From Lepidodermella squamata (taxonomy: Eukaryota > Animalia > Gastrotricha), in assembly GCA_047495785.1 (NCBI GenBank), contig JBLDXI010000019.1, positions 3,472,001 to 3,536,000 on the forward strand: a stretch of 64,000 bases of DNA, in the 5' to 3' direction. The position numbers were made by a program, and so were the translations under genes. Below the pieces are notes generated by a model. The model did not search any database and was not told the origin of the DNA. It was given only the letters and a program-made list of their open reading frames with translations. Below, piece after piece: positions 51,991 through 64,000 of this stretch. The stretch's first letter is position 1. Each line of letters begins with the position of its first letter.

Positions 51991-52329
51991 CCAAGATAAA
52001 ATGTATCAGGGTTGTATATATATAAATGTATCGGATTCCTTTCGAATCTCCCGAAATTCTCGTCTTCCTCCTCATTCTGTGACGATGAAAGCGGTTAGAA
52101 GTTAGAAGTAACCTGAACTATAAGCTTCTCCAGGTTTGTGCGTGCTGCGTGGAACGGTCTGCCTTCTTGAAAACAGAGCTTTCTGAAATATATACAAATA
52201 AATAAATATTTATTCCTCTCTATTGGAAATCCACGCCATTTCTGTCGTGAGGCTTCAGCAATTCCCTTTATACTGAACTGTTGAAAAGCAATTTCCATTG
52301 TTCCCAGCCTCAATCAATCTGACCTTGTA

Positions 52330-54706
52330 CAGTGCTCCCTCGTTAGTGGCACCCTCCTTAAAAGAACTCCCTCGTTTGTAGACCGTAATTTTGGACCCTG
52401 CTGAATAAATTAGTTGTAAATTTTTAATTAAACAAATGATAATTATTTGATAGATTGAAAAAATTAAGCGTGAAGAATTAAAATAATATAGCGTTCCTAG
52501 AAACCTAGCGCCTAGCGGCGCGTTGTCGTGGTTTTGAGAGATCCAGTTATTTCAAGTTTAGTTCAAACGAGCTGAAAGATCATCAGTGCATTAGGATGTT
52601 CTTGTGGTTTTGAAATGACTTCGATTATGCAACAGAGTGCGTGGATTAGCTGCCACTCAAGTCGTGCTGCGACTCGTCTTGCTTTTTTAGTTAAACTTTT
52701 CCATCAGAAATTACGCCAGTTTATCAGACAAAATCAGCAATTAATTTCAATAACTTCAAAAATGCCCGTCAATCTTCTATCTCCTTGATTTGCAGATTTA
52801 TTCTCAGGTCAATTGCTGATCAACAAAAAGACTCATCTGAATTGCCCTATTTTTCATTTTTTTAGCTTATTCCCGGCCAGAAAATCTCTTGAAATTTATC
52901 AATCAATCAATCAATCAATCAATTTATTTGCAAACTTCGTTCACAGGACTAGAAGGGCACGCAGGCCTCTTACACTAACCCGTGGCAATAAGATTTCCTT
53001 TACAATATTTCTTCAGATTCACGCGGTACAGATTTCGTTTTACGATATTGTTCTTTATATCAGCAGGTAAATTATCGTCAAAGTTAAATACGGTAGTCGG
53101 CAATCGATTCCAAGTGTTTACAGTACGGTTCAAAAAATAGTTCTTATAAATAGGTTTGGTGGGATTTTTGCAATTCATATTCGGATTTAAAACAGAGAAA
53201 CGAAAACGATGACCTCGATTGTTATTCAACAAAAATTTTATATTATTAGAGATAGATGTTTTAACAGACCCATTTATTATTTTGAAAAGGAAGCATAGAT
53301 CGTATATGAGGCGCCGTTCTTCGAGAGACACTAGCCTAAATTTTTTTAGACGCTCGGAATAGGACGGGCGCGAAGGATCGAAGGTTGATAAATTAAGAGC
53401 ACGGCGAGTAAAGTAAGATTGCAATTTTTCTAATTTGTCAATTTCATTTTTAAACCAAGGTGACCAGATGCAAGTACAATACTCTAGCAACGGGCGAACA
53501 TATGTACAGTAGGCACGTACTAACGTCTCAGGAGACTGACCTTTCAGAGCACGTAGTATCAGGTTTGCACGTAGGTAGGCTTTAGAAACAATCGAATCGA
53601 ATTTTAGAAACAATGGGCTTTGAATTCTAGCTTTTCATCAATAAGAAGACCCAAGTCTTTATAGTTTAGACATCTTTGAAGCAAGTTTCCCCCTAGGAAG
53701 ATTTTGGATTTTTGAAGCCAAGATGAAGAACCGCACATTTGTCAATAGAGAGCTTTAGTTGCCAAGTTTCAAGCCAGACAAAGATGTTTTCAAGAGATAG
53801 AGATAGACGTTCAGAGAGAGATGAATCATTTTTACAAAAGACTATGTATAATTTGCAGTCGTCAGCGAACAGTTTAATGGAGACACCTTCAGGTAGGATA
53901 TCGGTAAGGTCATTAATGTAGAGCAGAAATAACAGAGGGCCCAGAACGGAACCCAGAGGTACGCCACTGGTTACGCAAATTTCATCGCTTAGGGTTCCGT
54001 TGACATTGACACGTTGGGTACGATTAGTAAGATAGATTTTATCATCAAGAAGAGGAGACGTTTGAGGAGTAATTAAGTCGTCTAAGGTAAAAACTGAGGA
54101 AAATTGTTTGTTAAGAGCTTCAGCCTTCTTAGCATCATCAAGACAGAGTACACCATCCTTGTCTAGTAACGCAGGAATTTTCGAAGTGTTTCGGAGTTTC
54201 GAGTTAACATAATTGTAAAATTTTGACACGTCATTTGAGGCGATCATATTTTTTACATTTTCGTTCTCAAAGTTGTCTACGGCCTTTTTGTAATCAGCAG
54301 CGAGTCTGTTAAAATTAGAGAGCAACCTATTATAGTTTGGCGATTTAAAGACAGTTTTTCGAAGTTTACGCCAAACATTCAGCTTTTTCGAATCAATTTT
54401 TCTTATATTTTTTAAAAAAACAAGGCCAACCAGTCAAATCAAAGCCACCCTGCCAAATAAGAATAAAAACTTGGCGACGAACTTATGATTCATAGTGTTG
54501 TTGTTTCACAGCCTTCAGCGAGCGCAATTTGTATTGACAAGTAATCCGTGTCTGTCTCTTTCTGCGCGTTGGCATGGCAACTGTCTTAAGACGTAAAAAC
54601 GGTCTATTTTTAGCTCCTGCATTCAATTACAGCCCTCGTTAAAGCTTTCCCTTGTTTAAAGACCGGGTCTGGCTCCCGACCCAGTGCTTTTATCGAGGGA
54701 GCACTG
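52330..54706. mobile_element. pogo/Tigger-like MITE (TA TSD) split by a LINE insertion
   Basis: TA-CAGTGCTCCCTCG at 52328 and CGAGGGAGCACTG-TA ending at 54708; internal CCCTCGTT repeats. Confidence 0.8.
52898..54420 (-). mobile_element. CR1-like LINE, 5'-truncated and internally deleted, (ATTG)n tail
   Basis: KAEALNKQFSSVFT..YLTNRTQRV..SGVPLGSVLGPLLFLLYINDL..LFADD..YCTYVRPLLEYC..SYSERL; AATAAA followed by (TTGA)n at 52898-52930. Confidence 0.92.
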
Positions 54707-54708
54707 TA

Positions 54709-57700
54709 ATGATCTTGTTACTAGCGGCGTAACCAACACTTTCGAGCTTTATCGCCCAACCTTAGTAAGACATGTTAGAACCGTGACTGCCACAGATAAC
54801 TTTCCGGGAACGGCAAATGCCCAAAGTCGACAGGGACGGATCGGTTTCTCAGGTTGCCCAGCTAACTGCATGGAACCCTTGGGCATGGAGAATGGAGAAA
54901 TCGAAGATTGGCAACTTTCGATCAACCAAACGTTCTACTCTAGGTTGAATTGGGGGATGGCAGCCGGGGCTTCCCAGCAATATTATACAATAAACCTTAG
55001 AAAACAAGCAATTGTCATGGGCATCGAGTTTCTAGGTTGCAGTCGGCTGAATGCATGGGTGACGACATTTCGAGTGTCCTACAAATCCAACCCTAACGAT
55101 GCATGGGTATAGATTCAGGATTCTAACAGCCAAATCAATTTTGCAGGCAATGTGGATGCCTCACATCCTACAACCGTGATATTTCTGAAGTCAATCATAG
55201 GCCAGTTTTTTTAAATCGACCCTGTAACAATCTCAGGGGTAACATGCTTCAAGGTCGAGCTTCTAGGCTGCAAAAATGTACCGAGATACTCCGTCAACTT
55301 GGCATCAGGTTCAGCTGTCGTTAAGGCCTATACGACGCAGACAGTATCTAACGGGCTGGCAAATGTTGTTGTAACTCAGGGCCGTAAGATTCGCGAGAAA
55401 AGCTTTACCAACTGCACTAGGATGAAGACAGGGACGTTGAACTATCTAGACAGACCTTACATCACAATAGATTTGGGCTCATCCCAAACTATAACCTCGG
55501 TCGAGATAGTTACACCACAACTTCCGCCCTTGGTCACCCTGGTTCCAGATGGTCTCTGGCTGCTTGACATCCTTCATCGAGCGGACGATTTGAGCTGCAA
55601 TGGGAATAACGGTATCTTTTCTAACAGTTTGGCTCACACAAATGGACCGGATAACATTCCGATGAGCGCACTTAGCTGGAACGGAGCAGACAGGGGGCTT
55701 TTCATTCCAATGGATAATATGGCAGCTGACAGAACAACTGGCTTCGCTTATACTGCATGGGTGTACCATCAACAGGCCACATCGGATTTCTTTCTTTTTT
55801 CGTCGTCAGAAAGGGGAAGGTAAGGCCTGAAGCTACATACTTATGATTTAGCTTCGTTGCGCAACATTTAGCGCGGCTCGCGGATTGTATATAGCAATTC
55901 AATCTAATTCCGTCATCAAAGCTGGGTCGTTACGACCAGATACGGACAGTTCAACTTTCCCGTTCATGACCGCTGCTGTAGCAAACTTGGCCTATTACGC
56001 GGTTCCGGCAAATCGGTGGTTTTTTCTCGCCGTTACTTTCGACTGCCAAAAAAGTCTCGCTAGAATTTACATCGACCTTGTCGAAAAAGCTATAGCCAAT
56101 GTTGGTTGTTCTGGTGCACCTGCAATTTCGGTTAGCTCTTATATCGCTATGAGAGGCCCGTGGAGTGGAAGGCTTTCCTGCGTCCAGGTCTACAAAAGAC
56201 CGTTGGATACCGTCAGTTGGGGTAATCTGGGTCATTGGGGCTATTCGGACGAATGTTCATCCAAACGGGAGAATGAGCATGGCTCCAAAACTACCCGGCA
56301 CGGAGTTAGGTGGAAAGACGACCCACATGCCATAAAAATTTCATGACCTGAGAGTAAGTGGTTGTGAAGATATGGGCTTACCTTCAGGTGTAAGTTTAAC
56401 TCAGTTTAAGCACTGTTCTGCGTTGAATTACCTGGACCAGATGAGAATTTTGCTGTACCTAGAAAATTCGCTAATTTACTATACTGATAATTAAAAAAAA
56501 CTAACTAAGCTAAAAACCATCGATATGCACTGCATTCGAATAATTGCAAAAAAATGCCAACTTTTGTTTGGAAAAAAATTGTTTCGTGGCCTGGACTCGA
56601 ACCCCCAGTTCGGCAGGCCAAAGTGAAAAAACCCGATAAACCACAGGGGGACCCTTTGTCATAAAATTGGGGTCCGAAAATTCATGCTAAAATTCATGGG
56701 CATTAATTTCAGTCCAAAAACTCAAAATTACCCTAATTCCTGGGCACACTTTTCGAGCAACAATACAAGAACTATCGTAATTCACCTGGAAGAGCCAACA
56801 AATTTATTCTATTACTAAAATCGCATTGTTTTCCCATGGTTGGTGCTAAGTTAACCGTTCATTGACAATAGAAAATCAAATTGAATCGATAGCAATACGA
56901 TTTTATCAATTTTGCCCTAGGAAAATGAACTAAAATTAATCTCTCAGTGAACAAGTGAAAATGGGCTGCGTTGGTAAGTGGTAAGCGCCACATGTTACGT
57001 GTCCACATTTCAAATAATACCCATCTTTAGGTTTGCCCTGAGAAATCGTGTGATTTCGTAATTAATACACAATGAATTAATGGCCGTGGAATTAGTTTCA
57101 CTTTTTGAGCATGATTTGAGATGCATTTTGAAAATCTGTGAATTATGTAGGATACTCACAGGGCCTTATTGAGGGAATATTACAAGCTAAGAGTCGGAAT
57201 CCAAGTTGGGGTGATTTTTTTCTGGTGAGGGATTTCACCTTTCTAGTGAGCTATGTGAGCTTTTGAAGGGATCCAGTTAGGATTATACTTAGGTTCAAGG
57301 TTTAGGGGCCTGATTACGGAAAATGAGTACTTCAATTTTATCTGTGATCTGAGCACGAATCTTATATTTGTTTGTATTTGCAGCTCCTGCACCGATCGGG
57401 CTGTTCCCCCTCGCTTGCAACGTGACAGGTCTAATCGCGTCGTCTAACTTTTTTTCAGTTGGTTCGCCAACTTGTGATAGCATCATGTCATTCACCAGCT
57501 CGTAAGATACTTAATTCCAATGCCATGTTTGAACCCGAGTTTTCTAGGGCAATGACGTTCCCAACTCAATCAGACTACATCTACCTGAACTCGTCTGCGG
57601 CAAGGTTTTCTCACCCCTGGTCAATGACTTTACTAGTTCATGTTAAGCCAGCTGGAACATCGCAGTGGCTACTTGACTGGTACAGGAGCTTGGATTCCGA

Positions 57701-58255
57701 CCAGCCAGTCATCGGGCTTGGAATAACGCAAGAGCAACGATTGATTATAGTATGCAGTTGTCGAGAGTTCCCAGTCAACAAAACTCTAACATCCTCGCAC
57801 CCATTCCGTCTCAATCGCTGGAGCTACGTCGGCTTCATCTACGACCACAGTAATTTGACCATATCGTTACTGCAGCAGGGCGAACGACAACCGTTCAGTT
57901 GAAATGCAACGATATAGGCTTTAATGCGATACAAAATTTCTTCCGCATCGGTGGACCTGGTAGCGCCGGAGCTAGCTTCGCGTGTCTTCAGTTCTACCAG
58001 ACAGTACTGACCAGGAAGCAAGTGCACTCAGTGAAAAGATGCCCTATCGCCTCCACACCTGATATGAAAGCATCTGTAGTTGCCCCGCTCGATTTCACGT
58101 TGGGCCTAGTTTCGATCGATGACCCAGCGACGCCTTGGTTCAATCTCAGCGGCCCCTCAACGTCAGGAACAACATTTCCTTGGATGACTGGGGAGTCGCG
58201 AAACGTCCGAATCTCCTATTCTACCAACAACTACTTGCAGTCGACCACCTTCTGA
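54709..58255 (+). pseudogene. Truncated pseudogene paralog of the 23339-28831 mosaic lectin gene
   Basis: High similarity (CMEPLGMENGEIEDWQL; KTGTLNYLDRPYITIDLG; HSVKRCP..DMKASVVAPLDF). In-frame stops TAG 55110 and TAA ~55212, ~1.1-kb insertion from 56210, frameshift near 57890, both ends missing. Confidence 0.88.
56210..57290. mobile_element. Insertion interrupting a pseudogene exon; probable DNA-transposon remnant
   Basis: Homology breaks at RPLD|TA-CCGTCAGTTGGGGTAATCTGGG. The matching right TIR was not found. Confidence 0.55.
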
Positions 58256-58862
58256 CGAATCTGACGAACATATATCTGCGATCGTGGCTATGTATGACTA
58301 TACACCAAGACCGCGGCAAACAATGCGAGTGTGGCCAAACAATAAAATGGGGGGTGGGTGGCGATCATCAATAGTGTCATCGTCCGCCATAACGCAAGCT
58401 AGTGTATCGTGTATCGTAGTGTCGTAGTGTACACTGTACAGTATGATCAGAGTGATTCTCTCCTTCTCTATGATCCCAGATATTCGATGCTTTGTACGTT
58501 GTATAAAAATAGTTCAATTATCAAGCCCACACAGCAGCAGCCACGTGTTTCATATATTATGGATGGGGCTATGTTAACACAACATTGGCTATGCGTACAC
58601 ATGTGCGTGAAACACAGCCAAATTTAAGCGCGCACTGTGTTCAAGTAGCCAATCACGCACACACACTGTGTACGCATAGCCATTGGGAGATGCACAATCC
58701 TGTGTTCACATAGCCTTGACCATATATTATTAATGCCATGATTCGGTTTATTTCGCTCTGATCGATCGAGAAAGATAAAGAAGGGTAGGCGGTTGACGTG
58801 GGCGTTAGCGGTCGGGCCGATGCTGTGAACGCATGTTTTCATTAAATTATTTCTTCATAGAA

Positions 58863-61800
58863 ATGAGGCTTTTATTAATCAAGTTTGCTTGGTGCTTGTT
58901 CTACTACATGCGACCAGTTTGGTCGCAAGCTACCATGTGCACCGAAGCAAAGTTACAGCCGCAATACTCATTCACAACTGCTGATAGTCAGGGATTGCAG
59001 GGTTGGAGCTTTCAAAACGGGTTTCAATTTGGCAAGCCCGCTTCTCTGGGCAGTCAAGACAGTTGGAGATCTGGAATTATCAGCAATAACGTAAGCTAAT
59101 TAGGCCTGGACATTTCGGGCTAAGATACCCCGTAACCCGTAACCCCTTGCACGCTGTGTTAGTGTAATTCTTCATCAAATAACAGCTTAAAAAACGCCAG
59201 ATGTTACGGTATCTTTGAAAGCAGTGGAAATTTCCCACAATACATAATACATGATGTTGTACATGTTTTTGTTTACAGCTATTCATGCTCGATGATTTCT
59301 ACGCTGAAATAACCATGAAAATGCCCGCGTACGCCGATACAGCTCCCCATCCAGGATTTGAATTGAAGTTGATTGCCTCCAATGCCGGTTATGTTTCTGG
59401 TTATATTAATGGAGAAATGGGTAAACTGGAATGCCTGGGTTTTTTTCAGAAATTTCAATTTTTCTATGATGTTAGGAATTGGACTGTTTGTATCGCCTGC
59501 TAACAGCCTTGTTGGCGGTGGTTGGTTCCCACAACCTGATGAGGATGGCAAATGGAGCCTCAAGAATTGCGAGTTGTTGGACTGGTGCTGGAAGGGATCA
59601 GCTTCTCAGATAAACTCGTTTCTTAGCGGTAAAAATGTCACATGGAAGTTGCGGGTAGGCCGCAGCAGCCTTTCGCTTAGCGTCTGTGCGTACAATACGA
59701 GCGACTGTTTGAATACGCTCCAGAATGCAAAGTTGCCAACATCGCTCCAAACCACTTTCGGCGGATTGGATACTTTTATTTTGTTGACTGCACAAACGAA
59801 CATGACGATCGACGTTTCCTCTATTCAAGTTTGGAACTGTTCAACATCGAGCGCAACAACTTCTGTGAGTTACAGGAATTATTAGACACCGAAAATTAAG
59901 CAGTACTAGATTTGCGTCGATTTTTCATCAAAAATTGCTCGAATTTCAATGATAAATTTAGAAGTCGAAAGATTTGAATCAAACCAATCTTACAGTTTAC
60001 CCAATACCAATCAAACAGCATTTCGAAGATTTCTTTGCAAAACTATCCTGAAATGGCAGTTTCTCTCACATCTCACATTACTTGACTCCAAAGCTTGACT
60101 GCTTAATGAAGCCTATAGCCTAATTATATTTTGTAATTCAAGCTGAAACCGCGAAGTCTTATGTGCACATCCGGCGTGTTTCAACCGAAACTATCTATCC
60201 GCAGCCTGAGTGACATCGTGGATAATTGGAAATACAGAACAATCCTAAAAGACAACGTCAATCTCATTGCTACGAGCTCCATGACTTCGCAGTTTGTCGG
60301 CATTTCAAACAGCAGTTTATTCGGATCAGCAAATCGGATGAGTTCGAATTCGGTAAAAATAAGTGTACTTAGCTCAACTTGAACAAAACCTTTCTACTGC
60401 TTTCCAGCAATTCAACCTGACAGATTTTTATGTCGAAGTTCTGGTTGGAGAGGCAGATTCAAATTTGACGACTGGAGCATCTGTAGCTATCTCGATACTC
60501 CAGAGGTTAAATTCTGACAGCTTGACACCAATCGGTAATAAGCCTGATATCACTGCATTTGCTGGTGACAAGAATGTTTGTTTTTTATGACAGGCTTTAA
60601 TTTTTTCATACCTATGCCGTCAATACCTGACCTCCCAGTGACGGCTAATTTTCTGAACAATGAGGATATTGATGTATTGAATTGCACTGCAGCACATGCT
60701 TGTTTTATGATGGATAAGCGCAGCTGGGCTTCGTTTTTAATTCCGAAGTCGTTATGGCAGGTGCGAGTTAAAGGTGGCGAACTTGCTGTGGATGTTTGCC
60801 GCTACGGCCGGAATTATTGCGCTCATGTATTCAACGCTTCAGTCAATCACGGCATGGATTTTTCGCGCATGAACCTGTCACTTGTGATCAACTCCTTGGA
60901 TCGATTGGGAGGTACCACTCTTGACGTACCTTATGTAGGCGTTTGGGATTGCTCGAAAACTACAAGCGATGTCACAGCATCTGCGAGTAAATATGTGGCC
61001 CCGGTTTGTAACAACCCAGTTCTGCAGGAGCAACTCTCGTTTGACGATTCGCAGTGGATGACTTTGCCGACTTGGCGCTGTTCAAGTTCTTACTATTTCA
61101 ACCAAAGGAGTCTCCTAGAAGAGAAAGGCTGCATGTCAGCAATAATGGTTAGTTGGTCGATTATCAAGTAATCTTGTATGACTGGGGATGCAGGAACACT
61201 TTTCTTGTAAAGCTGACAGAACGTAAGGGAAAGTGTTCCTGCACGAGCATGTTGCTTTTTTCCTTTGCGTTTCTAACGGATTTCGATTAATGATGTGTTT
61301 TTAAAGCCCTCCACCCTGGACGATTTTTACGCCGAGGTAACTGTGACCCTCCCTGCCTACAATGAAACAGCTAAGAATCAAGGTTTTGCAATATCGCTAA
61401 CTGCCAACCCTGGTGGCAGTATCTTAACTTCCAGTGATGTGCAGTATGTTAGCACTGTTTTCAATGGCATGAGCGAGAGTAGCCATCTCGGTAACTTGAA
61501 TGATGGCGGCTGAGTTGTCTCTTTATTACAGTATATATTATAGGAATAAGTTTGTTCATATCACCCGCCACGAGAAGCGTATTCGGCGGATGGTTCGGCC
61601 CTAATCTAAACGTAACCAAATGGAAAAGCCGGTACGATGCATCCTGTGGCTTATTCGAATGGTGCTGGATAGGCTCGCCAGCGTTGATCGACATTTACTT
61701 GAATGGGATGAAAGTTACCTGGAAACTGCGTGTAACTCAAGCAAAGCTCACATTGGACTTTTGCATTTTCGGCACAAATGATTGCCAGAGGACTTTAGAT

Positions 61801-64000
61801 GGCGTAGCCTTGCCAATGCCATATCAGTCAATGTTTGGCACCCTGGACAATTATATCATCGTAACTTCTTTGTCAAATCTTGGAGTCAAACTTGATTCAT
61901 TTTTCGTCTGGAATTGTGCTGCTTCTACGAGTGCGCAAAAATCCAACGTAAGTGCTCAAGTAGTTCTATCTAAACGGATTATTAAGTCGATGGGTGGGAA
62001 ATTACGCCATAACATGATACTACAGGGTGTTCAAGGAATAATGGTTGGGCTATTTTTGGAGTTTAACTTTGGCCAGACGAAACGCGTGCTGTCAGAGCAG
62101 AAACTTATTTTTCAGGAAAACCAGAAATTAGCCTTGGCCTATTTCATAGTAAATTTATACAGTTTCTTTATCGATCTCGGCTCTTACTTGCGGTCACTAA
62201 TAAACGTTTTCTACCATGTCGAGGTGTGATAGGCCAGGGTTGTCCACGGGTCGAAAAATCGAGTCAGGACCAGGCCCACCAGTTGATTCGAAACCGGCCT
62301 GTAGACAACTCTGTGATAGGCCGAAAACAGACCGATCGTAAACATACAGCCCAATTAATCGGTCACCCCCAATTCCCGCCCACGTCGTTATTCTTAGGAC
62401 ACTTTTGTCCTTGTTATCAACGAACCAGTTGCAGTTGACCGTTGACCACCAAAGGTAATTTTGATCTTTGGTAAAACCGCCCAGGCGGAAAATTCCGTTG
62501 TGAGTATTGCAAATTAAGAAATTGTGATTTTGATATTGTCTTTCTTTAACTTCTTTCGGCACACAATATGAAGAGCTAAAAAAACTGACCAAGTTAGAAA
62601 TGAACAATGAAAATTGATTCTCTACCAGGCGTAAAACGACGAAGATGTTCAAAGGGTACAGGTCGTTATCATCGCTTGCGTGCCATCTGGCCAAAGTTCC
62701 AAAAATAGTCCAACTATTATTTCTTGAACACCTTGTAATATTTGAATGTTTTACGCAGCTACTGGCGCATAATTTGATGTGTCCGAAAGGGTCTATCCAG
62801 ACGAGGTTTTCTTACCTAAGCCCTGCAGACCTAAATAGTTACTGGACGATTTATGAGCAAAAAGATCAGCTTGTGCCTCCAGCTAATCAGACTAATGGTA
62901 CAGTACGACTCTCAATTATTAAACCATCGCTCTGGAACAAAGCCGTGAGTAAATTTGATTGCGTTGCTGCCAGCGTATTGAAGATCTTTACTGCTAGAAT
63001 TTTAATCTGAGCGATTTCTATGCTGAGGTTTTACTAACTCCGATTGTTAGCACCGGATATCTGTTGGTTGTTATCTCGGATAATGCGGCTATTGTGAGGC
63101 CTGACGCTACGGGAAATTATAAATTGACTATTGACAATAACTTCGGTTTAGAAATGAATTCAACCTCAGGTTTGTTGGAACGCCAACTTTTTGATATTAT
63201 AATTCACTTCGCTTGTACCAGGTCTCACGGTATTGATACCTATGCGAAATTATTTTCCGAATTATTACACTGGTGAAGAACCCTGGGATTTTGGATCCTA
63301 CGCTACAGTCAACTTCAAAGGCGGAAATAACCTTTGCATGTATGGATCTTTTCAATACTACTGCTTTATGCAGTGCAACACATCGAACGCTTGTTTCACC
63401 CCAACTGACGTGTTCCTTTCAAGCTATATGACTTCGACATTCCTTTTGCAAGTTAGAGTTCGAGACAAGGAAGTTAGCATTGACATATGCCGCGACAATT
63501 CAACAGCCTGCACTCGCATGTTTGCTAAGACTATCAATCACAATTTGAACTTCGCAAATATGAACGCATCGCTGGGCATACTTTCATCTTTATCATACGT
63601 AGAAATTTCGTCAATCAAAGTTTGGAATTGCGCGATACCTTACACAGGAACAGGATCGGTTGAAGCACTGGCAACTATGACTGCCGATAAATTACCTGAG
63701 AGTGATAAAGGCTTGGCAACCTTTCTACCCCCTTCCTCTGGCCTGTCAACGTCTGATTGGTCTTCGTGCTCCACAACTTGTGGCATCGGTTTTAAATGGC
63801 GACTTATGTCGAATGGCTCAAAAGAGAGCCAACAGTGCTCGAATTCAGTTCGATGCCCGGCCACGGCGGAGGAGCAATCGCGTGGGGTCGATATGATCTT
63901 CTCGCCCGTTCCAACTATGGACGGTTATTTCAAAGCTAGGAGGGCGATCAAAGTAACCCTGGCGAAGAAAGTCAGTGAAATCTGCGCGAAAGGCTACTCG
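58863..64000 (+). CDS. Large secreted/surface protein with four ~200-aa beta-rich repeats then TSP1; continues past window
   Basis: Signal MRLLLIKFAWCLFYYMRPVWSQ. Each repeat contains DFY(A/V)E(I/V), (W/L)(K/Q)(L/V)RV..(L/V)(S/D)xC..C and ends VW(N/D)C. The last exon (63222 onward) is open to the window end and has DWSSCSTTCGIGFKWR (TSP1). Confidence 0.8.
62023..62735. mobile_element. Tc1/mariner-type non-autonomous element in an intron
   Basis: TA-CAGGGTGTTCAAGGAATAATGGTTGGGCTATTTTTGGA ... TCCAAAAATAGTCCAACTATTATTTCTTGAACACCTTG-TA (~40-bp TIR). Confidence 0.85.

Noticed and set aside
21470-58255. Single large inverted segmental duplication covering both the Ly6 and lectin genes
   Set aside because: Gene order relative to transcription differs between copies (lectin upstream of Ly6 in one, downstream in the other), implying separate events or later rearrangement.
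62197-62694. 165-aa ORF inside the mariner-type element
   Set aside because: No HTH or DDE/D motifs recognised.

Overview
Eukaryotic (animal, invertebrate-like) genomic DNA. Genes are compact and spliced with mostly 45-60 nt GT-AG introns, so the ORF track shows only exon fragments. There are no prokaryotic operons, CRISPR arrays or rRNA. I reconstructed gene models by hand from splice sites. From left to right: the 5' part of a divergent Na+/Ca2+ exchanger, then a 3-29 kb run of almost exclusively secreted or GPI-anchored proteins (EGF/Cys-repeat protein, SRCR-trypsin pseudoprotease, GPI LamG protein, secreted stefin-like protein head-to-head with a twin-CX9C/trypsin pseudoprotease, two helix-inserted Ly6/uPAR proteins, and a 1700-aa PAN/discoidin/LamG/F-type lectin protein) interrupted by one NHL-repeat gene. 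A transposon nest follows at about 29.8-38.3 kb, then a third Ly6 copy, a divergent Cys-loop channel, two convergent clan-2 P450s, more MULE/CR1/MITE debris, a pseudogene copy of the lectin gene, and a large secreted protein with four repeats of an unassigned beta-rich domain plus TSP1. The most striking observations are an F-type lectin domain split by an insert of about 975 aa (five domains) at its sugar-binding loop, and the divergently transcribed pair of a motif-dead secreted stefin and a triad-dead CX9C-trypsin. All family assignments come from manual motif recognition, not database searches.
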